Origin: Asterias rubens
Lineage: Eukaryota
Assembly (NCBI RefSeq): GCF_902459465.1
Contig: NC_047072.1
Span: 372,001 to 436,000, forward strand
DNA length: 64,000 nucleotides
Direction of reading: 5' to 3'
The notes under the pieces are model-generated. The model saw only the letters and a list, made by a program, of their open reading frames with translations, was not told the origin of the DNA and made no database searches. Positions within the stretch are counted from its first letter, which is position 1. Every line of letters begins with the position of its first letter. The position numbers and the translations under genes are program-made. This document shows positions 41,293 through 61,932 of this stretch, in pieces.

Positions 41293-41546
41293 GGGTGTGT
41301 TCAATCAGCTTCCCTGGGTCGACCCTTTGGTGCTGTTTCGGGTGAGCTCATGAAAAAAGTTAACCGAACGATCACACTCGCCCCTTTCGTGGTGACGTCA
41401 TGCACCTCGGGTCACGCTCAAGTGACCCACTCCACAAGCAGGGCACTGGGGGCTGACCCAGGTGAGGCCCTGGAATGACGTCAAAGCTATTCGAACGCAC
41501 CGGGGGCAGACCGGGGTCGACCCAGGGAAGCTAAACGAACACACCA
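41293..41546. mobile_element. Family G long MITE, inverted relative to 41032
   Basis: Family G TIRs; opposite internal orientation. Confidence 0.8.
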
Positions 41547-41745
41547 AATGTTAGGGTAAACCTTTCTCATTGACAATGGTACAACTGGGTCAATGCAGAA
41601 TTTGATGTAATCGGTCACAATTGTATGACAATTGTATCAATTGAATCTTTGCATTCAACCAAGACATTCCATCCGTGCATTCAAGACATCAACGAAGTTG
41701 TCTTCGGATTCGATGGGCCATGCAGATACTGGGTTACGACAACTA

Positions 41746-41993
41746 GATGCCCTTTTCGAAACCACGGCTTCGGCTTTGTATTCGGCTCAGGTTACGCCAT
41801 ACGTGAGCATGAAATAAGTTGTGGCGAGAAACGACACAGTTTTCCGACGTTCACGTTCGCGTTTTTGCTCGCGTAACGTACAGCGAAACCTCCCTTAATT
41901 GTGCGTGCTTTGCGTACGCACTCAGGACTTCAGACGAGAGGACGGAGCCTGAAGACGAATCTAAAGCCGAAGCCGTGGTTTCGAAAAGGGCCC
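41746..41993. mobile_element. Family H MITE
   Basis: Same TIRs; shared cttcagacgagag...ggagcctgaag core. Confidence 0.78.
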
Positions 41994-42405
41994 TAAAAAT
42001 AGCCTCGGGTGATCAAGGCCTTTTTGTATATACACGTCATAATAGCGTTTGTGCTGGTATCAAGTTGTTCTGCATGCCTTGTTAGGCCTTGTATGCTTAA
42101 TTTCATAAAGAAAAACCCATTGCCTGTTTTGTGCTCTGTTGCGGTTTGCTGTATTACCATTATTCAGTCACCAGTCACCTCGCTGTTCGAGATCTGATTG
42201 GCTACAACACCAACCTCCCCACTAGCAACCATGCGGTCCATTTTTCCCACCAAGGTTACATCCTTGGCTGAATATATAAGCCAGGTTCTGTTTGATCCAG
42301 ACACAGCCATTTCAAACGTGAGGCTTCATCAAGGCAGTAACGATTTGAACCTTTTCTATATACTTGATTTTATTTTCGTCCGTTCCCTGAAACCACCTCA
42401 TCATC

Positions 42406-45121
<2,716 letters not shown>

Positions 45122-45617
45122 ACACCTCCCAAACCTTGCAGAACTTCAACCCAACAAAATCTTTTCTCAATGAAAACTCGACTGTACTCAAAGAAGAGTT
45201 CTTTTTTACAACTTTGTTCGGAGATCTTTCTTTTCCTAATGGTATAAACAGATGAGTAGAAATTCACTCCAAAGCTTGTTTATGCCTGCAACCGTGGACA
45301 TCCTATTGTCCCACTCTTTTTTGAAACATCTTCCATTGGTTTTGTACACGTTTTCCAAGAGCTGTGGAACTTTTCCGACCCTTGGACTCTATCGTCCTCT
45401 TTTGTTATTGGTCCTTGGTTTTAATGTGTTTGAAACAATCTTGCAACATCACATTGGTTTTCGCCACCAAAAATACATTTCAAAATTGTGTGGTTCTTGT
45501 TTACACGTGTCAATGGGTCTTGACCGAGCCCAATTTTCCACACGGTCCTAGTGACATGCGAATGAACCCACACCTAAGTATAACTACAATGTCACAAATA
45601 GAGAAGTTTCATTGAAG

Positions 45618-45984
45618 TTAAAGGGAAGGTACACGTTTGGTAATTGTCACAGACCAGTCTTCTCACTTGGTGTATCCCATCATAACCATACAATTTGAAG
45701 CATGTTAAAATTTGGGCTCAATTGGTCATCGAAGTTGCGAGGAAATGATGAAAGAAATAACAATATTGTTGGACGAATTTGGGTGCTTTCAGATAAGAAT
45801 GTAGAAGTCTTTTATTATTTTAGTAAGCATTTACCTCTTTCTCAAAAACTAAGTTACTTCAGAAGAAGTCATTTCTCACAATGTTTTATACTACCAACAG
45901 CTCTCCGATTCTCGTTACCAAGTCAGTCAGTTTTTAAGTTAATATTTGTTTTGAGTAACTACAGAACGTGTACATTCCCTGTAA
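45618..45984. mobile_element. Family A MITE, variant termini (AGGGAAGGTACACG), same subfamily as 585-962
   Basis: TTAA start; cgtgtacattccct end; shared internal sequence. Confidence 0.75.
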
Positions 45985-46243
45985 ACAGCAGATTCAGCAG
46001 AACTGGCCTACCCAGATGTTGTAGTCATTTTGAAAAAGTAGGAAATTTGTCCTTCTTCCCGCGACCCTTGACTTCTCGCCAAAGGTTGTTGTACAACTTG
46101 CCTCACCAGCATTGCTACCATGTTCAACTTTTTAACAATAAAGTTCACAACATCTGTGATGTCCTTTCGAGGTCACCATACCTTTGGCTTCAACATGTCT
46201 ATATGCAATTATAATTAATTAACAAGTTTAAGTTTCACTTAGT

Positions 46244-46485
46244 TTAAAGGAACACGTTGCCTTGGATCGGTCGAGTTGGCTCCATTGGAAGCGTTTAAAA
46301 CAGTTTGTTATCAAATTGATATGATTAGAAAGTTATTTTAAAAGCAGAATATAACTTATAATAATCCAAACCAATATGCCTCGAAATTGCGTGGTTTTTC
46401 TTTTACTTTCCGAACTAACACGGTCGGCCATTTTATGGAGTTAAAAACCTCAGTTCGTCGAGTTCTGTGAAAAGAAATCACAGGC
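46244..46485. mobile_element. Family B MITE, truncated left portion
   Basis: Same left TIR as 27690. Confidence 0.7.
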
Positions 46486-46668
46486 ATATTACACTAGGCA
46501 TATATATAACCTTCAACGTGTTATTTCAAAATCATTGATATGTGAAAATATTTTTTTCTTCAAAATCGTCGATCTGTAACCAAATCACAGAGAAGGAAAA
46601 TTCTCCACACCCAAATCAGCCACGAGCAGCAGGCGCCATGTCTGGTTTTAATGTATAGCGATTAACAA

Positions 46669-47186
46669 GGCCCAATTTAATAAAAGCTGTTAAGCAGAAA
46701 ACACTGTAAGCAATGTTTGAAGCCTTGCATGGTGTGGATAAATAGGAAGAAACTAAGAGAAAACAGTAAACTTGCGGGTACAACCATGTGTGAATCTATT
46801 TTGTGTGGTGTTGGCTCCAACAAAGAGCCGGTTTGGTCTCGATATTTCGAACAGTATAGTCTGCTCGTCTTCAGGAGAAAATACTGCTTGACAAATTTAT
46901 GCTAAGCATAAGTTGAGTCGAGCACCAGGCACAACAATGCAAACTTAATGCAATCAGGGGTCGATTTCACAAAGAGTTAGGACTAGTCCTAACTTAGGAC
47001 TAGTCCTAGGAGATATACAAATTGCATGGTTAGTCCTAATTTAGGACGAGTAACTGATCCTAACTCGAGATAAGACTGGTCCTAACTCTTTGTGAAATCC
47101 ACCCCTGGGCTGGTAACCTGGTTCTGCTAAGTAATACTATTCTGTGTTTAGCGAGTTGTTGTGCTTACAGGCTTTATGAAACTGGC
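46669..47186. mobile_element. Family E element hosting a family D insertion
   Basis: ggcccaatttaa start, ttatgaaactggc end; internal match to 38600-38670. Confidence 0.6.
46958..47104. mobile_element. Family D MITE nested in a family E element
   Basis: CAG|GGGTCGATTTCACAAAGAG ... CTCTTTGTGAAATCCACCC|CTG. Confidence 0.8.
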
Positions 47187-47379
47187 TTGATGCAAACCAA
47201 CCATTTTCTCGAGAGAATATAAAATCATACGGGACTTGCTTATCGCTAAATGTGACCGATTTATTTTATTCTATTTTACCGATGATGCATACTGAGATAA
47301 TCACGTTAATTAAGTTGTCAAAATAAAGTAGTTTTGAGGCAACAAAACGGTTTTTTTTTTTTGCATCGGGTATGAAGAA

Positions 47380-47760
47380 TAGTAATTTTGGTTTTACCCA
47401 AATACAACGGTGTGTGTTAGTAAACACTGTATATACACAGTGGGTACGTTCGATTAGCTTCCCCGGGTCGACCCCGGTCTGCCCCGGTACGTTCGAAAAG
47501 CTTTGACGTCGTTCCAGGGGCTCACCCGGGTCAGACCCCAGTGCCCTGCTTGTGGAGTGGGTCACTTGGGGCTGGCCTGAGGTTCATGACGTCACCACGA
47601 GGGGGCGAGTGTGATCGTTCGATTAGCTTTTGTTTTATCAGGGGCTCATCCGAATGAGCAACGCGGGATCGACCCAAGGAAGCTAATCGAACGCACCCAG
47701 TATACTTTCCCTAGCTCTGTGAACTGCAAAGGTCGTGGGTTCGATACCCACCCGAGTTTT
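47380..47760. mobile_element. SINE fragments: minus-strand tail split by a G MITE, plus a plus-strand B-box head
   Basis: Match to 40370-40500; GGTTCGATACC near 47739. Confidence 0.5.
47442..47698. mobile_element. Family G long MITE inserted in a SINE tail, AGT TSD
   Basis: AGT|GGGTACGTTCG ... CGAACGCACCC|AGT. Confidence 0.82.
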
Positions 47761-48386
47761 GTGTCTGTGTTGAAATGTGGAATTAGCTGTTGTAAACTTC
47801 ATACTACGGAAGCGTTTTGCCGCTACATGAATACACTAATCTCTATCATACCGTGTACGTACACTATAACTTATCGTGTACGTACAAACCCACTGTGGGC
47901 CTATGTTGGGACAGCAAGCTATACGAATACTATACTAAAACAAAATTCTACACAAATAAACGTTATCGAAGGCTACAACAAAATATCAGAACAACTAAAC
48001 CCACCTCTAAAGAAACGTAGATCAAATTGGAAAGTGTTTACAAAATAAAATATTTGTTTCTTTGTTGAATGACCTTCATCGCATGCTCGAAACGTCAGAT
48101 GGTTGTCGGCTTAGGGCGTCATGAATAAACAACCGTGAAAAAATAATCCCTATAGATTTGTATATGAAGGTCATTGTTACAATAATGGAAGCATATTTTA
48201 GGTCGTGTGAACCGCACAAGCGGGACAAAGCAACATGACAAAAAACTTACAGGTGCTACAGGTACGATTTTTTGCCGATTTGACCCGAAAATTTAGATTT
48301 AAAGGAATTTATACTGTTGGTAATTACTCCAAACATAAATGGCAATAAAACTTACTTGATAAAAACACCGCTTCTGTTGATGATGT

Positions 48387-48762
48387 TTAAAGACACTGGA
48401 CACTATTGGTAATTGTCAAAGACCAGTCTTCTCACTAGGTGTATCTCAACATATGCATGCAATAACAAACCTGTGAAAATTTGCGAGAAGTTGCGAGACA
48501 ATAATAAAACACGAAACACCCTTGTCACACGAAGTTGTGTGCTTTCAGATGCTTGATTTCGAGACCTCAAATTCTTAATTTGAGGTTTCGATATCAAATT
48601 CGTTCAAAATTACTTCTTTCTCGAAAAGTACTCCATTTCAGAGGGAGCCGTTTCTCACAATGTTGTATACTATCAACAGCTCCCCATTACTCATTACCAA
48701 GAAAGGTTTTATGCTAATAATTATTTTTAATAATAATTACCAATAGTGTCCACTGCCTTTAA
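48387..48762. mobile_element. Family A MITE
   Basis: TIRs and TTAA TSD. Confidence 0.88.
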
Positions 48763-48934
48763 CATACATGCCTGATATTTCAGCGAAGGAGATTGCCTCC
48801 ATGCCCACTGGTCACTGCAGTATAACATTGCAATTTTCTCATAAGGTGCCCTTTACCAAGAAGAAAATGCTTTGTTGCTCTTGCCCTTTCAAAACAAAGC
48901 ATACTGGAATGAGTATGTTGTGGAGCGATTCCCT

Positions 48935-49292
48935 TTAAAGGTAGTGGACACTATTGGTAATTACTCAAAATAATTATCATTATAAACCTCTCTTGATTAC
49001 GAGTAATGGGGAGAGGTTGATGGTATTCAACATTGTGAGAAATGGCTCCCTCTGAAGTGCCATAGTTTTCGAGAAAGAAGTAATTTACTACGCACTTGAA
49101 TTTGAGGTCTCGAAATCAAGCATCTGAAAGCACACAACTTTGTGTGACAAGGGTGTTTTTCTTTCATTATAATGTCTTGCAAGTTCGATGACCGATTGAG
49201 CTCAAATTTTCACAGGTTTGTTTGTTCATGTATATGTTGAGATCCACCACAACTGTGAAGACTTTTACCATAATAGTGTCCACTGCCTTTAA
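48935..49292. mobile_element. Family A MITE
   Basis: TIRs and TTAA TSD. Confidence 0.88.
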
Positions 49293-49483
49293 AGGATTGT
49301 GTGTTAAGAGGGAGGAATTCAAAAACAGAGAAATATGAGAAATGTTTCTGCATGAAATCTTTCTCAGATTGTGTTCCACCTACTGATTATTCTTCCTGCA
49401 TGCGTGGACTTGAGCGTTCCAGATGTTCTGCCCACTGAAAAAATAAAATAAAATAAAAATAACACCTTATTATATGAAACCTT

Positions 49484-49699
49484 ACAGAAGAGTTTGCGGT
49501 AACACCATGTAATGACTATCTCTAAATGAGTTGGGGTGGGTCTGAAAAGAACCGTTGGTTTAACTCCAACGGTTTAACCGAGAGTTAAACCAACGGTTCT
49601 TTTCAGAACCACCCCAACTCATTTAGAGATAGTCATTACATGGTGTTACCCCAAACTCTTCTATATCTTATTTCCACCATGCAAAGTTTCAAATCCTAC
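49484..49699. mobile_element. Hairpin insertion (81-bp arms) flanked by a 14-bp direct repeat
   Basis: Arms 49486-49566 and 49582-49662 (79/81 complementary); TTATATGAAACCTT at 49470-49483 and 49700-49713. Confidence 0.75.
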
Positions 49700-50166
49700 T
49701 TATATGAAACCTTCACAGCTTAGTTTAAATGTATGCCCTATATCTTTTTGTTTATATAGGATTAAAACAACCGGACGGTTCCAAAGAGAACAAAGGTATA
49801 TTTTGCCTATGAACGGATTTTATATAGATTCGAAAAGTTTTTTTAAGGCGTTGCACGAAACAATCCACCAAAGATAGGTAGATCTAGTAATAATTATTTA
49901 AAAACTAAACATTTATTATTATGTCAGCATTTGTATTTATTGATTTCTCATTCTTTTTTTTCTTTTTTTCTTTTTCTTTTTATTTATTATTATTTCACAT
50001 ACGGATTGTATATAAATGGGCCAGGGATCTGTCATAAATTGGTAAAATTCCCCGTACATAAACTCAGTCAAGGTCATTGACACAACAGTATCACAACAGT
50101 CCACAAAGGACCACAATTTGGCGGGACAATCCCACAACACAATCACCCAGAACCAAATTTCCAACG

Positions 50167-50181
50167 GTTGCCGTGAGCAAC
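50167..50181 (+). promoter_or_regulatory. RFX X-box upstream of gene 8
   Basis: GTTGCCGTGAGCAAC fits GTNRCC(N0-3)RGYAAC; CCAAT about 10 nt downstream. Confidence 0.55.
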
Positions 50182-50384
50182 CGTTCTCAGCCAATCAGAG
50201 CATGTTATTGATGGTTGGCTATGTCATTATAAGGCGCGGCTTGCACATAACATTATTATTGCACGACAGAGCTACATCGAAGCAACATCGTGTTGAAATC
50301 GAAGTGAGGAAATTGCCGCATTATACAGAAATCTTGAACATTTTCTCAAGGATTCTTACTTGATCTCCCACACAACCAAGCATC

Positions 50385-56936
<6,552 letters not shown>

Positions 56937-57078
56937 ATGTGGCACAGATTCAACCCAAGCATCAACCCAAACATTTAAACTCAAGTACATTGCATCACAA
57001 ACTCAAACATAGAGCACATGGTAACGGAGTCACTAATAAATATCTTCACAAGATGTGTTCCATGCTTCACTCCAATAT

Positions 57079-57628
57079 TTAAATGCCCTGGGGTGGATTT
57101 CACAAAGAGTTAGGACTATCTTAGTCTTATCTCCAGTTAGGACCAATTACTCGTCCTTACTTAGGACTATCCATGCAATTTGTATATCTCATAGGAATAG
57201 TCCTAAGTATAGGACTAGTCCTAACTCTTTGTGAAATCGACGGCTGGACACTATTGGTAATTACTCAAAATGATTTTAAGCATACAAACTTACTTGGTAA
57301 CAAGCAATAGAGAGCTGTTGATAAGTATACAGCATCGTGAGAAACGGCTCCCTCTGAAGTAATATAGTTTTCGAGAAAGAAGTCATTTTCCACTAAAATA
57401 TTTTAATTAGATTTCGAGACCTCAGAATTAGATTTTGAGGTACCGAAATCAACCATCGGAAAGCACACAACTTCTGACCATGGTGTATCGTCTTCCACTA
57501 TTATCCCGCAACTTCGACGACCAAATGAGTTCACATTTTCACAGGTTTGTTATTTTATGCATATGTTGAGATACGCCAAGTGAGAAGACTGGTCTTTGAC
57601 AATTACCAATAGTGTCCAGTGTCTTTAA
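57079..57628. mobile_element. Family A MITE whose left TIR is interrupted by a family D MITE
   Basis: TTAAATGCC-CTG-[D]-CTG-GACACTATTGG; intact right TIR followed by TTAA. Confidence 0.85.
57091..57243. mobile_element. Family D MITE nested in a family A TIR
   Basis: CTG|GGGTGGATTTCAC ... GTGAAATCGACGG|CTG. Confidence 0.85.
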
Positions 57629-58441
57629 GCCACACCTCAGCCCCTGAGTGGAAACATTGACTTGGAATTTATTCTCCGTGCGTCTTTTCACACTTTACTT
57701 TTTCGTCTGTTTATTTTGTATTTATTCGATCAAAACAACACAAAATGAACAAAGAAGTTGTCTAAACAACAATTACAATGAAAGGATGAAATAATGAAGC
57801 AACGGAAACACAAACATTGATAAGCAGTAGCCAATATTAGAACATCAATACTTGGAACTCCGAGTAGCAATATGGCGCTCAAGTGACCTCAGTGCGTAAA
57901 TGGTGCCAATGATTGGACCACTGTCATAAAGCATGTAAACAAAGAAACTTGCTTATTACACAGAAAAACTATTGCTTAGCAAAAATAAGTTACCAGCCTA
58001 AATACCGTACATTCACCATTGGTGTGACTGCTAACCCACTCATTTCTTGCTCATCAGAGGAGTTTGCTAAGCAGAATTTTCGGCTAAGCACTTCTATGAA
58101 CTTGGACCCTGGCCCTCTATCAAGCCAGTCAGTCAGTGTATTCACGCTATATTATTGGCACACATTCTGTCACACAACTACCTCAGTCAGTTGTGTTTAT
58201 GTGTTCCGGAAATTACAATAAAGAACTCATGGCAAATAATACTTGAGTGACGTCTTCAAATAATTCCACCCCCCCCCCCCGGTCCCCCTACTTTTTTGAG
58301 CGAAATAACATGCTTGTCTACAAAACGAGCAGCATGCCTGTGTGTACTAGGGCTTTCATGTTCACTACCTCCTGGAGACCAAAGGACAACACAAAAAAGG
58401 GGGAAAAAGGGACTCCATAGGGAAATTCTAAAGACCCCCTG

Positions 58442-58681
58442 GGCCCAATTTCACAGAGCTGCTAAGCACGAAAATTTGCTTAGCATGAAATTTCTTTCTT
58501 AATAAAAACAGGACTACCAACCACATTTCCATTTGTTGCATATTGCTTGTTACTGGTATTCAGCTGTTGTTTGCTTATCCTGAAAATCCAATTGAAATTT
58601 GGTTGGTAATCCTGTTTTTATTAAGGCAAAAAATTCATGCTAAGCAAATTTTTGTGCTTAGCAGCTCTATGAAATTGGGCC
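58442..58681. mobile_element. Family E MITE
   Basis: CTG|GGCCCAATTTCACAGAGCTGCTAAGCAC ... GTGCTTAGCAGCTCTATGAAATTGGGCC|CAG. Confidence 0.85.
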
Positions 58682-58922
58682 CAGGGTGCTCCACAAGGAA
58701 TGTTGTATACAAAGTCTATAGGAAGATCTACAGTACTGGGACATTAGAAAGAACAAAAGATGTCTCAACGGTGATGCAAAAAAGGGAATGTGTGCGGTTC
58801 CCTGTGTCAATGTGTCTTTGTTTCATCACGACTACAAGAATGTCTGTAGCTTTTTTTCTCGCTGGATTATTTCTGGAGTTTTGCTATTACAGGCTTTCGT
58901 CACCAGCTACCCTGCCATCTTA

Positions 58923-59075
58923 GGGTGCGTTCGTTTAGCTTCCCTGGGTCGACCCCGGTGTGTGGCAGGTTTTTTTTTCCCAGGACGAACGTGGGTTATT
59001 ATCTGCACACGTTCGTACTGGAAAAAAAACCGCCACACATCGGGGTGGACCCGGGGAAGCTAAACGAACGCACCC
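58923..59075. mobile_element. Family G short palindromic MITE
   Basis: TTA|GGGTGCGTTCGTTTAGC ... GCTAAACGAACGCACCC|ATA. Confidence 0.88.
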
Positions 59076-59500
59076 ATAAACTTATTACACCCGAGGGGGA
59101 AGTGTATAAATTCCGCTAGCGTATTGTCTCCGTCGTAAGTCGGTACCTACTTCAACGTGTTTACAATGCTTAAGAAATTTTGCAAGGAAAGTAGAACATC
59201 TGTAAGAACAAAAATTCTTTCTACACACGAAGCTCACTATTTGTCATTATTTCACAAACATTGAGGGAACATTTTCGCCAGGAAAGATGGTTTCTTTCCG
59301 TCGTGTGAAAGGGGCTTTCTATTAATTGGGAGGGGTTCTAATGCATTCACAGCTGTATTATAATGGTTACACAATTTGTAAAAAAAACTGAATTATTGTA
59401 ATGAAACATTGTCGACAGTCCCAGTATAATTATGTATATTCTGGTCGAGCCATTAATCACATGCGGGTTGATTTATCATCAGCTCATTATCAGATGATGA

Positions 59501-59514
59501 GTTGCCATGGAAAC
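59501..59514 (+). promoter_or_regulatory. Canonical RFX X-box, no associated gene identified
   Basis: GTTGCCATGGAAAC. Confidence 0.5.
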
Positions 59515-60334
59515 CGCTCATAAAAAAGTCGTAAAAATGGCCAAGCTCTTGGAGCTATACAAAATGGCATCCGGGAGTCTTGCATGTTTTATTTTATTAT
59601 TCATAAATTGTGTGCATGTTTTGGAAAAGGCAGTGAAGGGAAATTGAGTTTGGGTAACCGTTACTATGTGCTCTTCGTAGTCTTTATACTCGAGCCACTA
59701 ATAAGCTATTTGAAGTCCTGATGCCAATGATAGGGCGCTCAACAAATCTAAAATGTTCATTTTTATCCACCAGCATTGTTTTACTTGTTTATAACGTCGT
59801 TTAGTGGTGTTGTGTACAGACTACGTATGATAGCGCCCTCAGCGGACATTTTTTTATCCCTGGGACAGTGACAAATCTTTTAAAATGAACACAAATACAA
59901 GATGATTATTGTTTTTCATTCGGGAGCAATTTTTGGTTTTGGTCCGTACAAACACAGCGAACAATTAAGCTGTGGTTTTGGCCGTTGCTGCAACGATATA
60001 TGGAACTACTGAGGCTGGATAACAGGTATAGATGCCGCCGTCGGAGTTTCTGTGTGCCCCCAAGCCCCCCATCCACCCCCCCCCCCCCCTCCTACTGCGG
60101 ACTGATAGCGCCCTCTATTGAAACATCCTCCTTCGGCCCATGTTAATTTCCGACAATTTGAGGGACAGAATGTCACGCTTCTACTCTAACATCCTCAAGG
60201 AATAAGTCGCCCCAGTTTTTCTCTGTCCGTCTTAACAATCTTAGCCTTCTCAACTGCTCAATGAGGAAGCCCTACTTTCCTCGCACAAGGACATTTTAAA
60301 TGAGCAAGCTGAGATTATGAGATTTCTCAGCAAA

Positions 60335-60717
60335 TTAAAGGCACTGGACACCTTTGGTAATTGTCAAAGGCCAGTCTTCTCACTTGGTGTATCCCAACAT
60401 AATGCAAAAAAAAATAACAACTTGGGCTCAGTATTGGTCATTGAATTTGCAAGAGGATAACGAAAGAAAAAGCACCCTTGTTGCATTTCTTTGTGTGCTT
60501 TCAGATACGCAATAAAGGCCTCAGCTGAAGTATTTTATCATTTGAGTTTGAGTGAGAAATTACCTCTTTCTAAAATACTACGTTACTTCAATCAAAGGGA
60601 GCCGTTTCTCACAATTTGTTATTCTAGAAACAGCTCTCCATTGCTCGTTACCAAGTCAGTTTGTATGCTAACAAACATTTTTGTTAAGTAATTACCGATA
60701 GTGTCCAGTGCCCTTAA
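60335..60717. mobile_element. Family A MITE
   Basis: TIRs and TTAA TSD. Confidence 0.85.
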
Positions 60718-60871
60718 AGATAAGAAAACAATGGCAATGACCCCGCCCCGTCCCACCAGCTCATAGTGATTGGAACATACACTCGGCTTCCAGAAATTCA
60801 ACCCAAGCGTAAAACACAAATTGCAATTAGTCCCGCAGTTTTGTTGGTGGCTACTGTTGTACGGACTCCCT

Positions 60872-60885
60872 GTTGCCATGACAAC
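60872..60885 (+). promoter_or_regulatory. Canonical RFX X-box upstream of candidate exon at 61058
   Basis: GTTGCCATGACAAC. Confidence 0.55.
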
Positions 60886-61057
60886 GCATCGTTGGATGCA
60901 GAGAGGTTTTTTGCCAAGCTACCTTGTAAGGAGGAGTCCTGCCCCATTTTATCTTTTCACCTCCGACTTGGATCACGGGGATTGAAGAAAGCTCGCTGCA
61001 AAATATTCTCACATCGATTTCTCTTTACTGGATAAAGGATTTTCTTTCTCGGCAATT

Positions 61058-61066
61058 ATGGTAAGC
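61058..61066 (+). other. Candidate ATG-only first exon and donor of a further (ninth) tubulin-like gene
   Basis: gcaattATG|gtaagc, with the same architecture as exon 1 of genes 2-8. X-box 173 nt upstream. No exon 2 within the window. Confidence 0.35.
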
Positions 61067-61091
61067 GGTTTCATCTGTATTTTGTTTTCTT

Positions 61092-61479
61092 TTAAAGGAA
61101 GTGGACACTATTGGTAATTGTCAAAGACTAGTCTTCACAGTTGGTTTATCTCAACATATGCATAAAATAACAAACCTGTGAAAATTTGAGCCCAATCGGT
61201 CGTCGAAGTTGCGAGATAATAATGAAATGAAAAACACCCTTGTCACACGAGGTTGTGTGCTTTCTGATGCTTGATTTCGAGACCTCAAATTCTAAACTTG
61301 AGGTCTCGAAATCAAATTCGTTGAAAATTACTTCTTTCTCGAATACTACGTCACTTCAGAGGGAGCCGTTTCTCACAATGGTTTATTTGCTATCAACCTT
61401 TCCCCCATTACTCGTAATCAAGAAATGTTTCATGACAATAATTATTTGAGTAATTACCAATAGTGTCCACTGCCTTTCA
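61092..61479. mobile_element. Family A MITE
   Basis: TIRs; left TTAA, right TTCA. Confidence 0.88.
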
Positions 61480-61850
61480 GTGAAAAGTTAGACAATACAA
61501 ATTATTGTTTGGAGTAGATCATTTTTATAAAAGAATAATGTGATGAGGAGGACTGATGTAGCCTGTGAATAAAATAAGTAATGTTTTAAGTTTCAACAAG
61601 GTTTTAATTTATTTGCGATGTTGATTTTAAAGACATTCACGTAGCAGTTTGTGGCACACTTTGCACAATTAATTAATAAACCGGTGAGAAGTTTAAACAA
61701 ACTACGGTTTGTTGATGTTGGTGTTTGTTGATGTTGATGTTGGGGTTGGTGTTTGTTGATGTTGGTGGGGTTGTTGTTTTTCTGTAGAGTCCGCACTTCA
61801 ATCTGTTTTATTTTCTCATCATTTCTTATGAAATTATTTCTCTTTCGTCG

Positions 61851-61932
61851 GGAAGAGCTGCGTACAGCAATGGAGGACCAACGTGTTTGGAGGGCCATCA
61901 TCCGATGCTCGGCATCGACTGAATGAATGAAT
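61851..61932 (+). mobile_element. 3' end of an RTE-like LINE (5'-truncated)
   Basis: Translates as EELRTAMEDQRVWRAIIRCSASTE*, resembling RTE ORF C-termini, followed by a short (TGAA)n tail. Confidence 0.45.

Noticed and set aside
58771-58923. ORF segment MQKRECVRF resembling the tubulin MREC start
   Set aside because: Similarity is limited to REC; the rest is unrelated and runs into a MITE.
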